The translations under genes and the position numbers were made by a program. A stretch of 64,000 nucleotides of DNA. It comes from Bacteriovoracia bacterium (GTDB taxonomy: Bacteria > Bdellovibrionota > UBA1018 > CAIPTA01). How positions within the stretch are numbered: position 1 is the first letter of the stretch; each line of letters starts with the position of its first letter. Shown here piece by piece: positions 18,915 through 29,032 of this stretch. The notes below the pieces were generated by a model. The model searched no databases. It saw nothing but the letters and a program-made list of their open reading frames with translations, and had not been told where the DNA came from. The stretch spans positions 96,001-160,000 of the forward strand of contig JBFWVL010000005.1 of the NCBI GenBank assembly GCA_050246755.1, in the 5' to 3' direction.

Positions 18915-19550
18915 ATGAGCGCCTCCTTTTCCTATGCCGTCCATCTTCCTGCCGCGGGGTTTACGCGTGTTCCCTGGAAAAATGGCGAGGGCATTAGTTC
19001 CGAAATCGCCATTTTTCCGCCCGGCACGAGCTTGAAAGGTGGCGACTTCCTCTGGCGGCTCAGCGCGGCCGAAATAAACCAGCCAGGGGATTTTTCCGCG
19101 TTCCCGGGATTCGAGCGGGTTCTTGCCTTGGTGGCTGGTAGGGAGTTGGTATTGCGCACGGCGGACCAAATGGTGGCTTTGTCGCAGGGGGAAGTATTTC
19201 GTTTTTCCGGGCAGGACGCCTTCCGCTCGGAGCTCACCCATGGGCCGGTGAAAGATTTTGGCGTCATCTTCCGTGCCTCCGCGGTAAAGGTGGAGATGAA
19301 GGTGCTGGATTTTCAGAAGCGTGCGCGCTCTTTCACCTTGCCGTCGGCCACCAATTTTTTCTTCGTGGTGGCGGGGGAGTTCTCGGCGGAAGCCTATCCC
19401 GGCGAGCTCACGTTTCCGCTTGGTCCGGGCGATGCACTCCGCGTTAATCCCCTCGAAGGAGAGCGTATCGTTCTGCTCCAGCCAAATGCGAAACAGGGCC
19501 GCATCGTGGCGGTGGAGATCGTGGATTTAGGCGAGGCCATCAGCAATTAG
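18915..19550 (+). CDS. HutD/Ves family cupin protein
   Basis: PWKNG.G.S.EI, WRLS.A.I..PG.FS.FPG..R. Confidence 0.88.
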   Translation: MSASFSYAVHLPAAGFTRVPWKNGEGISSEIAIFPPGTSLKGGDFLWRLSAAEINQPGDFSAFPGFERVLALVAGRELVLRTADQMVALSQGEVFRFSGQDAFRSELTHGPVKDFGVIFRASAVKVEMKVLDFQKRARSFTLPSATNFFFVVAGEFSAEAYPGELTFPLGPGDALRVNPLEGERIVLLQPNAKQGRIVAVEIVDLGEAISN

Positions 19551-19600
19551 GGGCCGATTTTTTCCTCCGGCAATGGTAGTAAAGAGCAGAGGGAAACATC

Positions 19601-20653
19601 GTGAAATCACCCGCCGTGCAAAGATTCGTCCGCATCGCGATCGCCATTTTGGTTTTCGTGCTGTTCGCTACCATTTTCATTCCGTTTTTTAAGGCAATTC
19701 TGATGGCGGCACTCTTCGCCTTTGCGCTGGATCGCTTGATCAGCCGTTTTTCGGTGAAGCGCTCCACGCGATTCATGCCTACTTTCTTGGTATTGGTGGC
19801 ATTTTTTCTGATTATTGCGAGCCCGATCGCGCTCGTCGCTTTTCGTCTTACCTCCTCCGTGCGCGGGCTCACCCAGAGTGGCTTCGCGAATTCGGCCGCT
19901 TATAAGTCTTTGAATGAGCTCGCCGGCAAAGCCGAGACCATTTCTCATTTCGTAATCCGTATTTTAAAGCTTCCTCCGGAAGCCATGGCCGGCCCCCAGG
20001 ATTTCGTCAAGAACGCCGGTACTTGGCTGCTCACCGGCTTAGGTACGCTCGCGGCCACCGCGCCCGAACTCGTGATGGATCTTTTTATTTTTAGTATCGC
20101 ACTCTATTTCTTTCTCACTGAAGCCAAGAGTATCCGCAAAACCGTTTCGAGTCTGAAGATCCTCACCGAAAGGGAGCTGGATCAAATCATTCTCGTGATC
20201 CAGCGAAGCAGTTATTTCACCCTGGTGGTTTCGGCGGCGGTGGGCGCAGTACAGGCTCTGATCGTCGCGCTCGGCGGCGTATTTTTCGGGTACTACGAAT
20301 TTCTACTGCTCTTCGCGATCACGTTTTTTACTTCCTTCATCCCGGTGATCGGCGCGGCCCCCGTGGCCATTCTCCTGGCGCTCTTTAGCCTTATTCAGGG
20401 GGAAGTGGGGGCGGCCATTGGCCTCGGCGTGGTGGCGCTGGTGGCGGGCAGTATCGACAATTTGCTCAAGCCCTACTTGGTGTCTTCGGGTTCGGAAGAG
20501 TCCCTCAATCCGGTCGTCTCGCTGCTCGCCATCATCGGGGCAGTAATCGTCTACGGGCTTCCGGGCCTTTTGCTCGGGCCCGTGCTCATGGAGCTCGCGA
20601 TAAAAATCATTCCTATTTTATTTGGCGATGAGGAAGAAGTGAATGGCGCTTAG
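19601..20653 (+). CDS. AI-2E family transporter
   Basis: multi-TM; FIPVIG, IDNLLKP, GLLLGP. Confidence 0.9.
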   Translation: MKSPAVQRFVRIAIAILVFVLFATIFIPFFKAILMAALFAFALDRLISRFSVKRSTRFMPTFLVLVAFFLIIASPIALVAFRLTSSVRGLTQSGFANSAAYKSLNELAGKAETISHFVIRILKLPPEAMAGPQDFVKNAGTWLLTGLGTLAATAPELVMDLFIFSIALYFFLTEAKSIRKTVSSLKILTERELDQIILVIQRSSYFTLVVSAAVGAVQALIVALGGVFFGYYEFLLLFAITFFTSFIPVIGAAPVAILLALFSLIQGEVGAAIGLGVVALVAGSIDNLLKPYLVSSGSEESLNPVVSLLAIIGAVIVYGLPGLLLGPVLMELAIKIIPILFGDEEEVNGA

Positions 20654-20933
20654 CATTCCCGCCGAATCCAGATTTGCGCCCGCCGAGAATATTCGTTCCC
20701 GCCAAGTGGAGGGAGAAGTGGTGGTGGTGAATATGACGAGCGGGAACTACTACGTGCTCGATGAGGTAAGCACTTTTCTGTGGCGGCAGCTCGAAGAGAA
20801 GCCGGTTCGCGTGAGGGAAATGCTTGAGAATCTTCTCGCGGAATACGAAACCACGCCCGAGGAATGTCTGGGAAATATCGAAAATTTCTGCCGCTATATG
20901 CTCGAAGAAAAGCTGGTGATGGTTAAAAGCTAG
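20643..20933 (+). CDS. PqqD-family / RiPP recognition element protein
   Basis: VEGEVVVVNM.SG.YY.LDEV..FLW..L, L..EY......C. Confidence 0.85.
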   Translation: MALSIPAESRFAPAENIRSRQVEGEVVVVNMTSGNYYVLDEVSTFLWRQLEEKPVRVREMLENLLAEYETTPEECLGNIENFCRYMLEEKLVMVKS

Positions 20934-23127
20934 ATTTTTCCTTAGGATTCGCGAACTGCAGATCGGTATTTTTGTGATTCGCTTCCAAGTAAGCCATCGC
21001 CCGTTTTCCCCATTTGAAAATAAACCGGCTCATTCCCTGCTCCAGGATTTTTAGGCGATTCATGGAGTTTCCTTCGAACGACATATTGCCGAAGTGATGC
21101 ACGTACACGTCCTTCGCGCATACTAGCTTCAGCCCGGCATCCGAAACGCGCAGGCAGTAATCGTCGTCCTCGAAGTAGCCGATACCGAAGCCTTCGTCGA
21201 GGAGCCCCACTTTTTCGATCGTATTCCGCGGAAGGTAGAAACAGAGCCCGCTCACCTTCGTGATCACGTCCCATGCTCCTCCGCTTTTTTCGTGGAGAAT
21301 TTCGTTGTAGCCGAAAAATTCTGCCACCGAATTATACCGCGCGCCCGGCACCGACTGGGCCGGCTCGGTATTCGTGCTGGGACCCAGCAGGCCGAGATCG
21401 GGAATCGTGCGCGCGTGGCGTAGCAGCCTTTCCAGCCAGCCAGGTGAAACCACCGTGTCGTTATTCAGCAGCACGACGTCCCGGCCTTTGGCCGCGCGGA
21501 TGCCCACGTTATTTCCCGCCGCGAAACCTAGGTTCTTGGCATTTTTGATCACGCGCAGGTTGGGGATCTTGGCCGCGAGTCTGGCGGTGCCGTCGGCGGA
21601 GGCGTTGTCTACGAGCAGAAACTCCGCCTTGAGGCCCGGGCTTTGTTTCTGGGCGTAAGCGAGGCTGCGCAGGCAAAGTTCGGTTACCGGCCACTGGTTA
21701 TAGGTGAGTAGGATCACGGTGATATCAGGTTTGGCTACTTTTGCGAATTTGGCGGGCGGCAGAACGATTTTCTTATTTTTTTTGGCCTTCTTCGCCAGCT
21801 GATAGCTCCGGATTTTCTCCAGAGAGAAAGAGCCGAGGAATTTTTCGCGAATAACGGGCGCGATTTTGTCTCGGGAGTAGGTGCCGATGAAGCTCTGTGC
21901 ATTTTTCTGAAGTTTTTCCCAGAGGGATTTGTCTTCGTAGAGACGCCGGATCTGGCCGGCGAACGCCTCGGCATTCTCTCCCACCAGACAGTTTTCTTCC
22001 GCGGTGAGGCTCATTAATGCGGCTCCTAGGGGGGTGGTCACCACCGGTAGCCCGGCGGCCATTGCTTCGCCGATTTTCTGGCTCATCCCGGAATCGAAGA
22101 ATACGGGAGCCAAGCTAACCCGGGCGCGGCGCAGAAAAATGCCCAGGTCTTTCACGTAGCCCGTCACTTTCAGCGCGCCCGCGAAGGCGCCGTATTTTTG
22201 CATCGTCTTCACGAGATAGATCGGATTATTGCCCACGAAGGTGAGGGGGCCGTGGGTCGTGGGATCGAGCAGGGGCGCCACTTCGTGCTTCAGAAAGATG
22301 GCCGCCGAAACATTGGGATGGTGGTCGAAATTTCCGATCAGCACCGCGCCTTTCCGTTTTTCCCAGCCGGGCGGATTTATTTCGTTTGGTTCGTAGGTAT
22401 TCGGGAAGAGCAAAACTTTTTCGGCGGGGAAACGCTCGCGCAGCTTTTCCTGATCGTCGGCGCTCGCCGCGACCACTACGTCGGCCTGGGCATATACTCG
22501 AAGCTCGTCCGCCTTCACTTGCCGGGCGTAGGAATAGTGCTCCGCCACTTTGGCGTGGTAGGCCTCGCCCAGTTCCTCTTTTTCCTGCTTCACGTTCACC
22601 ACGAACTTCACCGTTTTGTCGAGGTGCGTGGCCTGCCGTTCCAGGCGTAGGTAGTGGAGATCCACCGTGTCTACGTATACCTTTGCCCAAGGCTGAAAGC
22701 GGCGGATCTCGCTCAGGTAACGGTCGGCGATATAGAAATACTCTATCCACACGAGGTCGTAGATTTTCGCTTCGAGAAACTCGCGGAGGTCGTAGTCGTT
22801 CGTGGGGCGCAGGGTGAGAGGGCGGGGGAAGGGATCATTTAGGGGATTTACGTTTATGCTTCGTAGATCCTCAAAGTAGCCTTTCTCGATGAAATCGAAG
22901 CGCTCGCGGCGGAAATTTCCGTCCCGGACGGCGTAGTAGGCGTCAGTTTTATTGATTTTCTCTTCAAGGTTATGCATCACGTGGTTGGTGGCCACGAAGT
23001 CGATGTCTATTTCCGGAGAAAGCGCGCGCAAGATCTCAAATAGCCTTCGGTCGCTGCCGGAGCGGTCGTGCATCACGGGTGTCTTCCCGATCACTAGCAT
23101 TCTGGGTTTATGGCTTCCGGCTTTCAT
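20923..23127 (-). CDS. two-domain glycosyltransferase (GT4-like plus GT2)
   Basis: DTVDLHYLR, GNF.HHPN, KIGEAMAAGLPVVTT; C-terminal VDNASADG, NLGFAAGNN, LLNND, EDDDYC. Confidence 0.9.
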   Translation of the reverse strand: MKAGSHKPRMLVIGKTPVMHDRSGSDRRLFEILRALSPEIDIDFVATNHVMHNLEEKINKTDAYYAVRDGNFRRERFDFIEKGYFEDLRSINVNPLNDPFPRPLTLRPTNDYDLREFLEAKIYDLVWIEYFYIADRYLSEIRRFQPWAKVYVDTVDLHYLRLERQATHLDKTVKFVVNVKQEKEELGEAYHAKVAEHYSYARQVKADELRVYAQADVVVAASADDQEKLRERFPAEKVLLFPNTYEPNEINPPGWEKRKGAVLIGNFDHHPNVSAAIFLKHEVAPLLDPTTHGPLTFVGNNPIYLVKTMQKYGAFAGALKVTGYVKDLGIFLRRARVSLAPVFFDSGMSQKIGEAMAAGLPVVTTPLGAALMSLTAEENCLVGENAEAFAGQIRRLYEDKSLWEKLQKNAQSFIGTYSRDKIAPVIREKFLGSFSLEKIRSYQLAKKAKKNKKIVLPPAKFAKVAKPDITVILLTYNQWPVTELCLRSLAYAQKQSPGLKAEFLLVDNASADGTARLAAKIPNLRVIKNAKNLGFAAGNNVGIRAAKGRDVVLLNNDTVVSPGWLERLLRHARTIPDLGLLGPSTNTEPAQSVPGARYNSVAEFFGYNEILHEKSGGAWDVITKVSGLCFYLPRNTIEKVGLLDEGFGIGYFEDDDYCLRVSDAGLKLVCAKDVYVHHFGNMSFEGNSMNRLKILEQGMSRFIFKWGKRAMAYLEANHKNTDLQFANPKEKSSF

Positions 23128-24888
23128 CTAGAGCTTAAGCTTGGCAGGCACGGGAAAAAAATGATCGCGCATGGCGTTCATTTCCAGGCGGAGAAAGGGG
23201 GTGATTTCGGTCCAGAGATCGCTGCTCGCTTGCATTGCCTTCAGGCGGTCGTTGATTTTCTGCACTTTGAGCGCCTCGAGCTGGGCCTTCACCACGCTCG
23301 CACGCTGGGGGTGCGTGCTCGCCAGGCGATTAGCCGCCTGAATCGTCTCTTCCCAAAAGGCGTCTTCTTCTTCGTTGCAGAGATTTAGGTAGCGGCCCAC
23401 TTGCTCGCGCACGTAGTCGGCGCGAGTGGGATGGCGCTCGGAATATTTTTCGAGCGCAGCATAGAAATCGGTGGCGATGAGATTGTGCTCTTCGGCCACC
23501 CGCAGCTGGATCACGAGATTGATCATACTTTCGATCACGTAGGAAAAATCGGGTGGAGGCTGAAAGCGGAGGGCCAGCGAAACTTCGGAGAAGGTTTTCT
23601 GCAGCATATTCTGCGGCAGGGTATTGGCTTTGCTGGTGAAGGCCGAAGAACGCACGCGGCCGTTGCTTTCGATCTCCATGCTCTGGTGCTCATGAAACGC
23701 GTGAAAGGGATTGTCGAGGAACGAGGTGCGCTCTACTTCGGCGAGGGTGCGCTCGCTGAGCGGGATCGCCACGCTGCTTTGGTCGAAGGAGCCGCCGGCC
23801 TCGCGGAGATCCGTGAGTACTTCCCGCATCTTTTCCAGGCTGGGCTCTTTGTTGAAGGGAAAAAATATGTGCGTGGTGGATCCGGAAACGAGGGTGCGAT
23901 GGATATGCTCTTTGTGGCGCAGGATCATACGCTCGGTGAAAAGCTCGCGCACGGCGTAGGAGTATTTATTGTCTTTGCCGAAGCGGTTATTCGAGGAGTG
24001 AGGAGTAAAGTGCACCACGGCTTCGCTGCTTTCTCCGTGCAGAGCCTCGGCGATTTCATGCAAGCAGAGGTAGGCGCGGTGGATGAGCGCGCTGAATAGG
24101 GCGAAGAGCTCCTCGCCTTGAAGCATCGGTTCTTTCAATTCCAGGAAGGCCCGCAAAGGCTGAAGGTTTCCGTACGTGGCCGGCAGGAGGGAGATCGCTT
24201 CCACGCGCCCGGCTTTCCAGAGTGGATCAAGCTCGGCTTTCGGCAAAGGGCGCAGAAAAGAGTAGTGCATGCGGAAAATATCCACCGCAGCTTTGGCGGC
24301 ATGCCGGAACTGGAGCGCAGGAAGATCGCTAGCGGAAAAAACCAGGTTCGGTTCGTGGAGGAGTGGACCGAGCAAGGCCCAGTAGGATTTCATGGTTTCC
24401 GAAAGCACGTCTCGCAGGTGGGGCAGGGCGGGGGAAGCCAGCTTTTCCAGCGTGGGCTCGCCCCAGAGGAGCTGCCAGGAGTATTTTGCCTCGAAGGCGC
24501 GCACCGTGGGCGTGGACCCCCAATTTGCTAATTCGTTGCGATCGGCCATCAGAGTTTCGCCGAGAAAGGGGAAGATTTTTTTCCAGGCGCGGAACTTCTC
24601 CCAAAAATTTTTCAGGAGAGTCATTTCGGTTTGCGCGTCGAGTTCTTCCAGCACTAAGAAAAAATCCAGGTCGCTGGCGCCCGGCACGAGCTCCCCGCGT
24701 CCTCCCCCTCGCCGTAAATAAACCGAAACCACGGGCGCTTTGGCGAATTGTCGGTTCAGGCGCACGGTAAACCGCAAAAATACTTTGGTGGCGAGTGAAT
24801 AGGCAAAACCGAAAAGGGCGCGAAAAAGGGCGGCCTTTCGCAGGGAAAGGAGGAAGCGATGCAGTGCTTCTCTATGTTCGGGTTTCAT
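23128..24888 (-). CDS. polymerase-beta-superfamily nucleotidyltransferase-domain protein
   Basis: VYLRRG...G.LVPG.SDLDF motif near the N-terminus; abuts the GT gene. Confidence 0.65.
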   Translation of the reverse strand: MKPEHREALHRFLLSLRKAALFRALFGFAYSLATKVFLRFTVRLNRQFAKAPVVSVYLRRGGGRGELVPGASDLDFFLVLEELDAQTEMTLLKNFWEKFRAWKKIFPFLGETLMADRNELANWGSTPTVRAFEAKYSWQLLWGEPTLEKLASPALPHLRDVLSETMKSYWALLGPLLHEPNLVFSASDLPALQFRHAAKAAVDIFRMHYSFLRPLPKAELDPLWKAGRVEAISLLPATYGNLQPLRAFLELKEPMLQGEELFALFSALIHRAYLCLHEIAEALHGESSEAVVHFTPHSSNNRFGKDNKYSYAVRELFTERMILRHKEHIHRTLVSGSTTHIFFPFNKEPSLEKMREVLTDLREAGGSFDQSSVAIPLSERTLAEVERTSFLDNPFHAFHEHQSMEIESNGRVRSSAFTSKANTLPQNMLQKTFSEVSLALRFQPPPDFSYVIESMINLVIQLRVAEEHNLIATDFYAALEKYSERHPTRADYVREQVGRYLNLCNEEEDAFWEETIQAANRLASTHPQRASVVKAQLEALKVQKINDRLKAMQASSDLWTEITPFLRLEMNAMRDHFFPVPAKLKL

Positions 24889-24994
24889 TCGTGCGGGAAC
24901 GTATCGTAAGCCGCACTTGGACGCGGAGTGTTATTCCTCACCCGCCCGGCTAAATTCACCTGGGCAAGCGGGAACTCTGCTAAACTGAATCTTT

Positions 24995-26254
24995 ATGATT
25001 TACGCGATCGATTTCGGAACCTCCAATTCGCTCCTGAGCGCCGCCACCGAGCAGGAGCTATTTCAGGCTATTCCCCTCGATCCCGACGCAAAGGATCCGA
25101 GCATTATGCGCTCGATCTTGTACCTCCCGGATGCGCAGCGCTGTTATTTCGGCGCAAAGGCCACCCAGGAATACGTGAGCAACGACATGGAAGGGCGGCT
25201 CATCCGCTCGATCAAAAAATTCCTGCCGGTGCGTTCCTTTCTCGGCACCTTCGTGAACGATAAGGCTTTTTATATCGAAGACATCATCGCCACTTTTCTG
25301 GGCGAGATGCGCCGCCGGGCCAATACCCATTTTAATAAAGACGTGGACTCTGTTTTATTAGGCCGGCCCGCGCGGTTTGCCGAAGACGACGCTGATGACC
25401 GCTTTGCCCAGGATCGCCTCGAGACCGCGGCCAACCGCGCCGGCTTCAAGCACGTGGAGTTTTGCCCGGAACCGCTCGCGGCCGCGTATGAATTCAAGGC
25501 TACGATCACCGAGCCCAAAATTATTTTCGTGGCCGATTTTGGGGGAGGAACCTCCGATTTCACCGTGATCCGCCTCACGCCCGAATCCACCAATGAAGTG
25601 GAAGTGCTGGCTCTCGGCGGGGTGTCGGTGGCGGGAGACGCACTCGACGGATCGCTGATGCGAGGCCGGATCGCCAAGCATTTTGGCGCCGAAGTGCAGT
25701 ACCAGGTTCCCTTTGGCTCAAACGTGCTCACGATGCCCAAGCACCTCATGGAAAAAATCTGCTCGCCCGCCGAAATCTCCGTTTTACGCGAGCGCGATAC
25801 CCAGGAGTTTTTCCGGAACGTAAAAAGCTGGTCCCTCGGGCCTGAAGACCACCAGAAGATGGACAATCTTTTCAGCCTGATTCACGAGCAGATCGGCTTT
25901 TCGGTCTTCGAGGAAATCGAGGGTACTAAGCGCCGCCTGTCTGATGCAGAGGTGGCCGAGTTCGTGTTCAAATATTCCGGGATGGACCTAAGGGAGAAAT
26001 TCACACGCACGCAATTCGAGGAATATGCGGGCATCGTGATCCGCCGTATCCTGCGCTCGATGGATGATACGATGCGGGCCGCGGGTTTGCAGTATGGCGA
26101 CGTAGATCTCGTTTGCGCCACCGGCGGAACGGCGAAGGTCTTCGCGCTCCGAGCCGCGCTTTCCGAGCGGTTTGGCGAAGAGAAAATCCAGCAGCACAAA
26201 AACTTTCACTCGATCGTGTATGGTCTCTCTCGCGTGGCGCAGGGAATGCTCTAA
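24995..26254 (+). CDS. yegD: Hsp70-family protein YegD
   Basis: IDFGTSNS, GRP..F, EP.AAA, DFGGGTSDF, TGGT; no substrate-binding domain. Confidence 0.88.
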   Translation: MIYAIDFGTSNSLLSAATEQELFQAIPLDPDAKDPSIMRSILYLPDAQRCYFGAKATQEYVSNDMEGRLIRSIKKFLPVRSFLGTFVNDKAFYIEDIIATFLGEMRRRANTHFNKDVDSVLLGRPARFAEDDADDRFAQDRLETAANRAGFKHVEFCPEPLAAAYEFKATITEPKIIFVADFGGGTSDFTVIRLTPESTNEVEVLALGGVSVAGDALDGSLMRGRIAKHFGAEVQYQVPFGSNVLTMPKHLMEKICSPAEISVLRERDTQEFFRNVKSWSLGPEDHQKMDNLFSLIHEQIGFSVFEEIEGTKRRLSDAEVAEFVFKYSGMDLREKFTRTQFEEYAGIVIRRILRSMDDTMRAAGLQYGDVDLVCATGGTAKVFALRAALSERFGEEKIQQHKNFHSIVYGLSRVAQGML

Positions 26255-26262
26255 GGGTAAGT

Positions 26263-26580
26263 CTACTTGGCTTTATGTTGGCGCAGGATCGAGTCGAGCA
26301 AACCGGGAAAACGCTTATTTAGCTCTTCTTGCCTTAGGCAATTAATTACCGCCACGCCTTTTTTTTCCGAACGGATCAGGCCGCTTTCGCGCAGCACCTT
26401 GTGGTGAAAAGAGATCGTGGAGGGGGAGAGGTTAGGGCAAGAAGCGCCCGAGCAGCTCATGCCTTCTCTATCGCCCAATAATTTTAGCACGATATCGCGG
26501 CGGACCGAATCGGAGAGGGCGTGCAGGATTCCATCCAGGGTAATGTCTTTCGCGGCGGGATGGGCAAATGCTCTGGGCAT
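26263..26580 (-). CDS. ArsR/SmtB-family regulator
   Basis: HALSD.VR..I, S.STISFH.KVLRESGLI, RFPGLL; divergent from the ene-reductase gene. Confidence 0.9.
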   Translation of the reverse strand: MPRAFAHPAAKDITLDGILHALSDSVRRDIVLKLLGDREGMSCSGASCPNLSPSTISFHHKVLRESGLIRSEKKGVAVINCLRQEELNKRFPGLLDSILRQHKAK

Positions 26581-26640
26581 GTCCTTATTATAAGGGGCGT
26601 GGAATTTTTTGGCCAGGCCAATATTTCATTAATATAATAC

Positions 26641-26655
26641 TTCAATAATATTGAA
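26641..26655. promoter_or_regulatory. palindromic operator, probable ArsR site
   Basis: TTCAAT-AAT-ATTGAA in the divergent arsR/nemA spacer. Confidence 0.6.
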
Positions 26656-26715
26656 ATATGAGTCGGCCCGGTATAGGATAGGTTTAATCAGTCTTGATTT
26701 AACCCAGAGGTAGCA

Positions 26716-27768
26716 ATGTCCGTCTTGTTCGAACCCATAACCGTCGGTGATCTTACTCTCCCCAACCGCATCGTGATGGCTCCGCTCACGCGCAGCCGAG
26801 CCGGCCAAGAAAGAATTCCCAATCAGCTGATGCGCGATTATTACGTACAGCGCGCCGGAGCCGGGCTCATTCTCACCGAGGCCACCGCGATCGATCCCAT
26901 GGGCGTCGGCTATGCCGATACGCCGGGCATCTGGTCGGAAGAGCAAGTGGCGGGCTGGAAAAATATCGTGGAGGGGGTGCACGCCGCCGGCGGGAGAATT
27001 TTTTCCCAGCTCTGGCATGTGGGCCGCATCTCAGATCCCTCTTTTTTGAACGGCGCAGTCCCGGTAGCACCCAGCGCGCTCGCCGCGCAGGGGAACGTGA
27101 GCCTCCTCCGCCCCCAGCGCCCCTTCGTTACTCCGCGGGCGCTAGAGCATGGCGAGGTAGTGGCCCTCGTGGAGAAATACCGCCAGGGAGCTCTCCACGC
27201 CAAGAAAGCGGGCTTCGACGGCGTGGAGATCCACGGCGCGAATGGATACCTACCCGATCAGTTCCTGCAAGACGGAAGCAATCAGCGCACCGACGAGTAC
27301 GGCGGCAGCATCGAGAATCGCGCGCGTTTTCTCCTGCAAATCACCGATGCGGCAATTTCCGTGTTCGGTGCCGGTCGGGTGGGCGTGCACCTCTCGCCCC
27401 GCAGCGATTCAAACTATATCAGCGATTCGAAGCCGCTGGAGACCTTCCCTTACGTGGCGCGAGAGCTGGCGAAGCGTAAAATCGCGTTTCTCTTTACCCG
27501 CGCAAAACAAGGCGAAGATGGCCTGGGCGCGAAGATGAAGGAAGCTTTCGGCGGTCCTTTCATCGCGAATGAAGGACTAACCTTCGAAGAAGCGGAACGT
27601 ATCGTAAAAAAAGGCGAAGCGGATCTAGTTTCCTTCGGAAAGCTTTTCATCGCCAATCCTGATTTAGTGAAGAGGCTGAAAGAAAAGGCGCCTTTAAATG
27701 CGCCGGATCCGAGCACTTTCTATTCTACCGGAGCCAAAGGCTATACCGATTATCCCGTCTTGGGATAG
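26716..27768 (+). CDS. nemA: old yellow enzyme alkene reductase
   Basis: NRIVMAPLTR, QLWHVGR, EIHGANGYL.DQF, N.RTDEYGGS.ENR.R, GYTDYP. Confidence 0.92.
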   Translation: MSVLFEPITVGDLTLPNRIVMAPLTRSRAGQERIPNQLMRDYYVQRAGAGLILTEATAIDPMGVGYADTPGIWSEEQVAGWKNIVEGVHAAGGRIFSQLWHVGRISDPSFLNGAVPVAPSALAAQGNVSLLRPQRPFVTPRALEHGEVVALVEKYRQGALHAKKAGFDGVEIHGANGYLPDQFLQDGSNQRTDEYGGSIENRARFLLQITDAAISVFGAGRVGVHLSPRSDSNYISDSKPLETFPYVARELAKRKIAFLFTRAKQGEDGLGAKMKEAFGGPFIANEGLTFEEAERIVKKGEADLVSFGKLFIANPDLVKRLKEKAPLNAPDPSTFYSTGAKGYTDYPVLG

Positions 27769-28022
27769 CGCCGCTTTACTTCGCCTTGCAGGCAATGCAG
27801 CTGGTCGATGAGGTGCAGGATCACGGGCACCGCGGCGTCGTTTACGCCGAAATCGCGCTGCAGCTCCGCAATCAGGCGCGCCCGGGAAACGTCTTCTTCG
27901 TCGAGGAGCAATTGCTCGGGATCGGCTGGGCTCAGCCAAGAAAAAGAAATGAAGCGCAGCACGAGATCTTGGCTCAGGCCACATTCTTCCGCCGCTTCGT
28001 TTACCAGTTTTTTCCCAGCCAT
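27750..28022 (-). CDS. cbpM: chaperone modulator CbpM
   Basis: MerR-like; LQRDFGVN......IL.L.DQ; directly downstream of cbpA. Confidence 0.85.
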   Translation of the reverse strand: MAGKKLVNEAAEECGLSQDLVLRFISFSWLSPADPEQLLLDEEDVSRARLIAELQRDFGVNDAAVPVILHLIDQLHCLQGEVKRRYPKTG

Positions 28023-28024
28023 CG

Positions 28025-28924
28025 CTATGCCCTCGGATTATAAGAAAACTTTTCCTGCCATTCCCGCATCGATTTTTCGAGCTCTTCGGGAAGCTTTTTC
28101 GGCATCGCCACCCTGAGGCTCACGATCTGGTCGCCCCGCGTGCCGCTTGCGGAGCCGACGCCCTTACCCTTCACACGGAGCCGGCTGCCCGAGCTCACTC
28201 CCGGAGGAATTTTTAACGCCACCATTCCATCAATGGTGGGAACTTGGATTTCTGCGCCGAGGCCGGCCTCGAGAAAGCTGATCGGCACTTCCGTTTCAAT
28301 GTCTTTCCCTTTGCGCACGAAGCCGGCGAGCGGGCGCACGTTGATCTGTACGTAGGCGTCTCCCGAAGGCCCCTTTCCGATACCCGGCCCCCCTTGCCCG
28401 CGAAACCGGAGCCGCGCTCCAGTTTCCACGCCGGCCGGAATTTTTATCTGCAGCTTTTTCCCGCCCGGAAGCGTGATTTCCCGCTGGGCACCCAGCGCGG
28501 CGTCGCGAAATTCCACGTCCATCTGGTAGAGTTGATCTTCGCCCGGTAAATCACTGGAGCGCGCATGCATGCGCCCGCCGCGCCCGGCTTGGCGGAAGAG
28601 GTTTTCAAAAAAGTCGTCGTCCATGCCTCCGCCGAAATTAGACGAATAGCGACCGCCCTGGTTCTGGTAGTAATGCGCGCCCCCGCCGTATTGCTCTTGC
28701 ATTTGTTCGTCGGTTTCTCCGCGATCGAATTTCGCGCGCGCCTCAGCTTCGCCTATTTTTTCGTAAGCGGAAGCAATGTCCTTGAACTTGGCCTCACGTT
28801 CCTTGTTTCCTGGATTTAAGTCGGGATGGTATTTTTTTGCGAGGGAACGGTAGGCATTTTTAATGGCTTCCTGGGAAGCATCTTTCGAAACGCCGAGGAT
28901 TTGATAGGGGTCTTTCATGGCCAC
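28025..28924 (-). CDS. cbpA: DnaJ class II co-chaperone CbpA
   Basis: J domain with HPD, G/F region, CTD, no Cys-rich zinc finger. Confidence 0.88.
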   Translation of the reverse strand: MAMKDPYQILGVSKDASQEAIKNAYRSLAKKYHPDLNPGNKEREAKFKDIASAYEKIGEAEARAKFDRGETDEQMQEQYGGGAHYYQNQGGRYSSNFGGGMDDDFFENLFRQAGRGGRMHARSSDLPGEDQLYQMDVEFRDAALGAQREITLPGGKKLQIKIPAGVETGARLRFRGQGGPGIGKGPSGDAYVQINVRPLAGFVRKGKDIETEVPISFLEAGLGAEIQVPTIDGMVALKIPPGVSSGSRLRVKGKGVGSASGTRGDQIVSLRVAMPKKLPEELEKSMREWQEKFSYNPRA

Positions 28925-29032
28925 TCCTTACCTTACCAATATGGGCATGAAACCCCCGTTGGCAAGATGCCGCGAATGCCCGACTAGAAAGCCTTTTTTT
29001 ATGGTAAGCGTAGGGAGTTAAAGGGGAAGCGC

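Noticed and set aside
20643-20933. PQQ or lasso peptide biosynthetic cluster
   Set aside because: No pqqA/B/C/E, lasso cyclase, peptidase or precursor in the window
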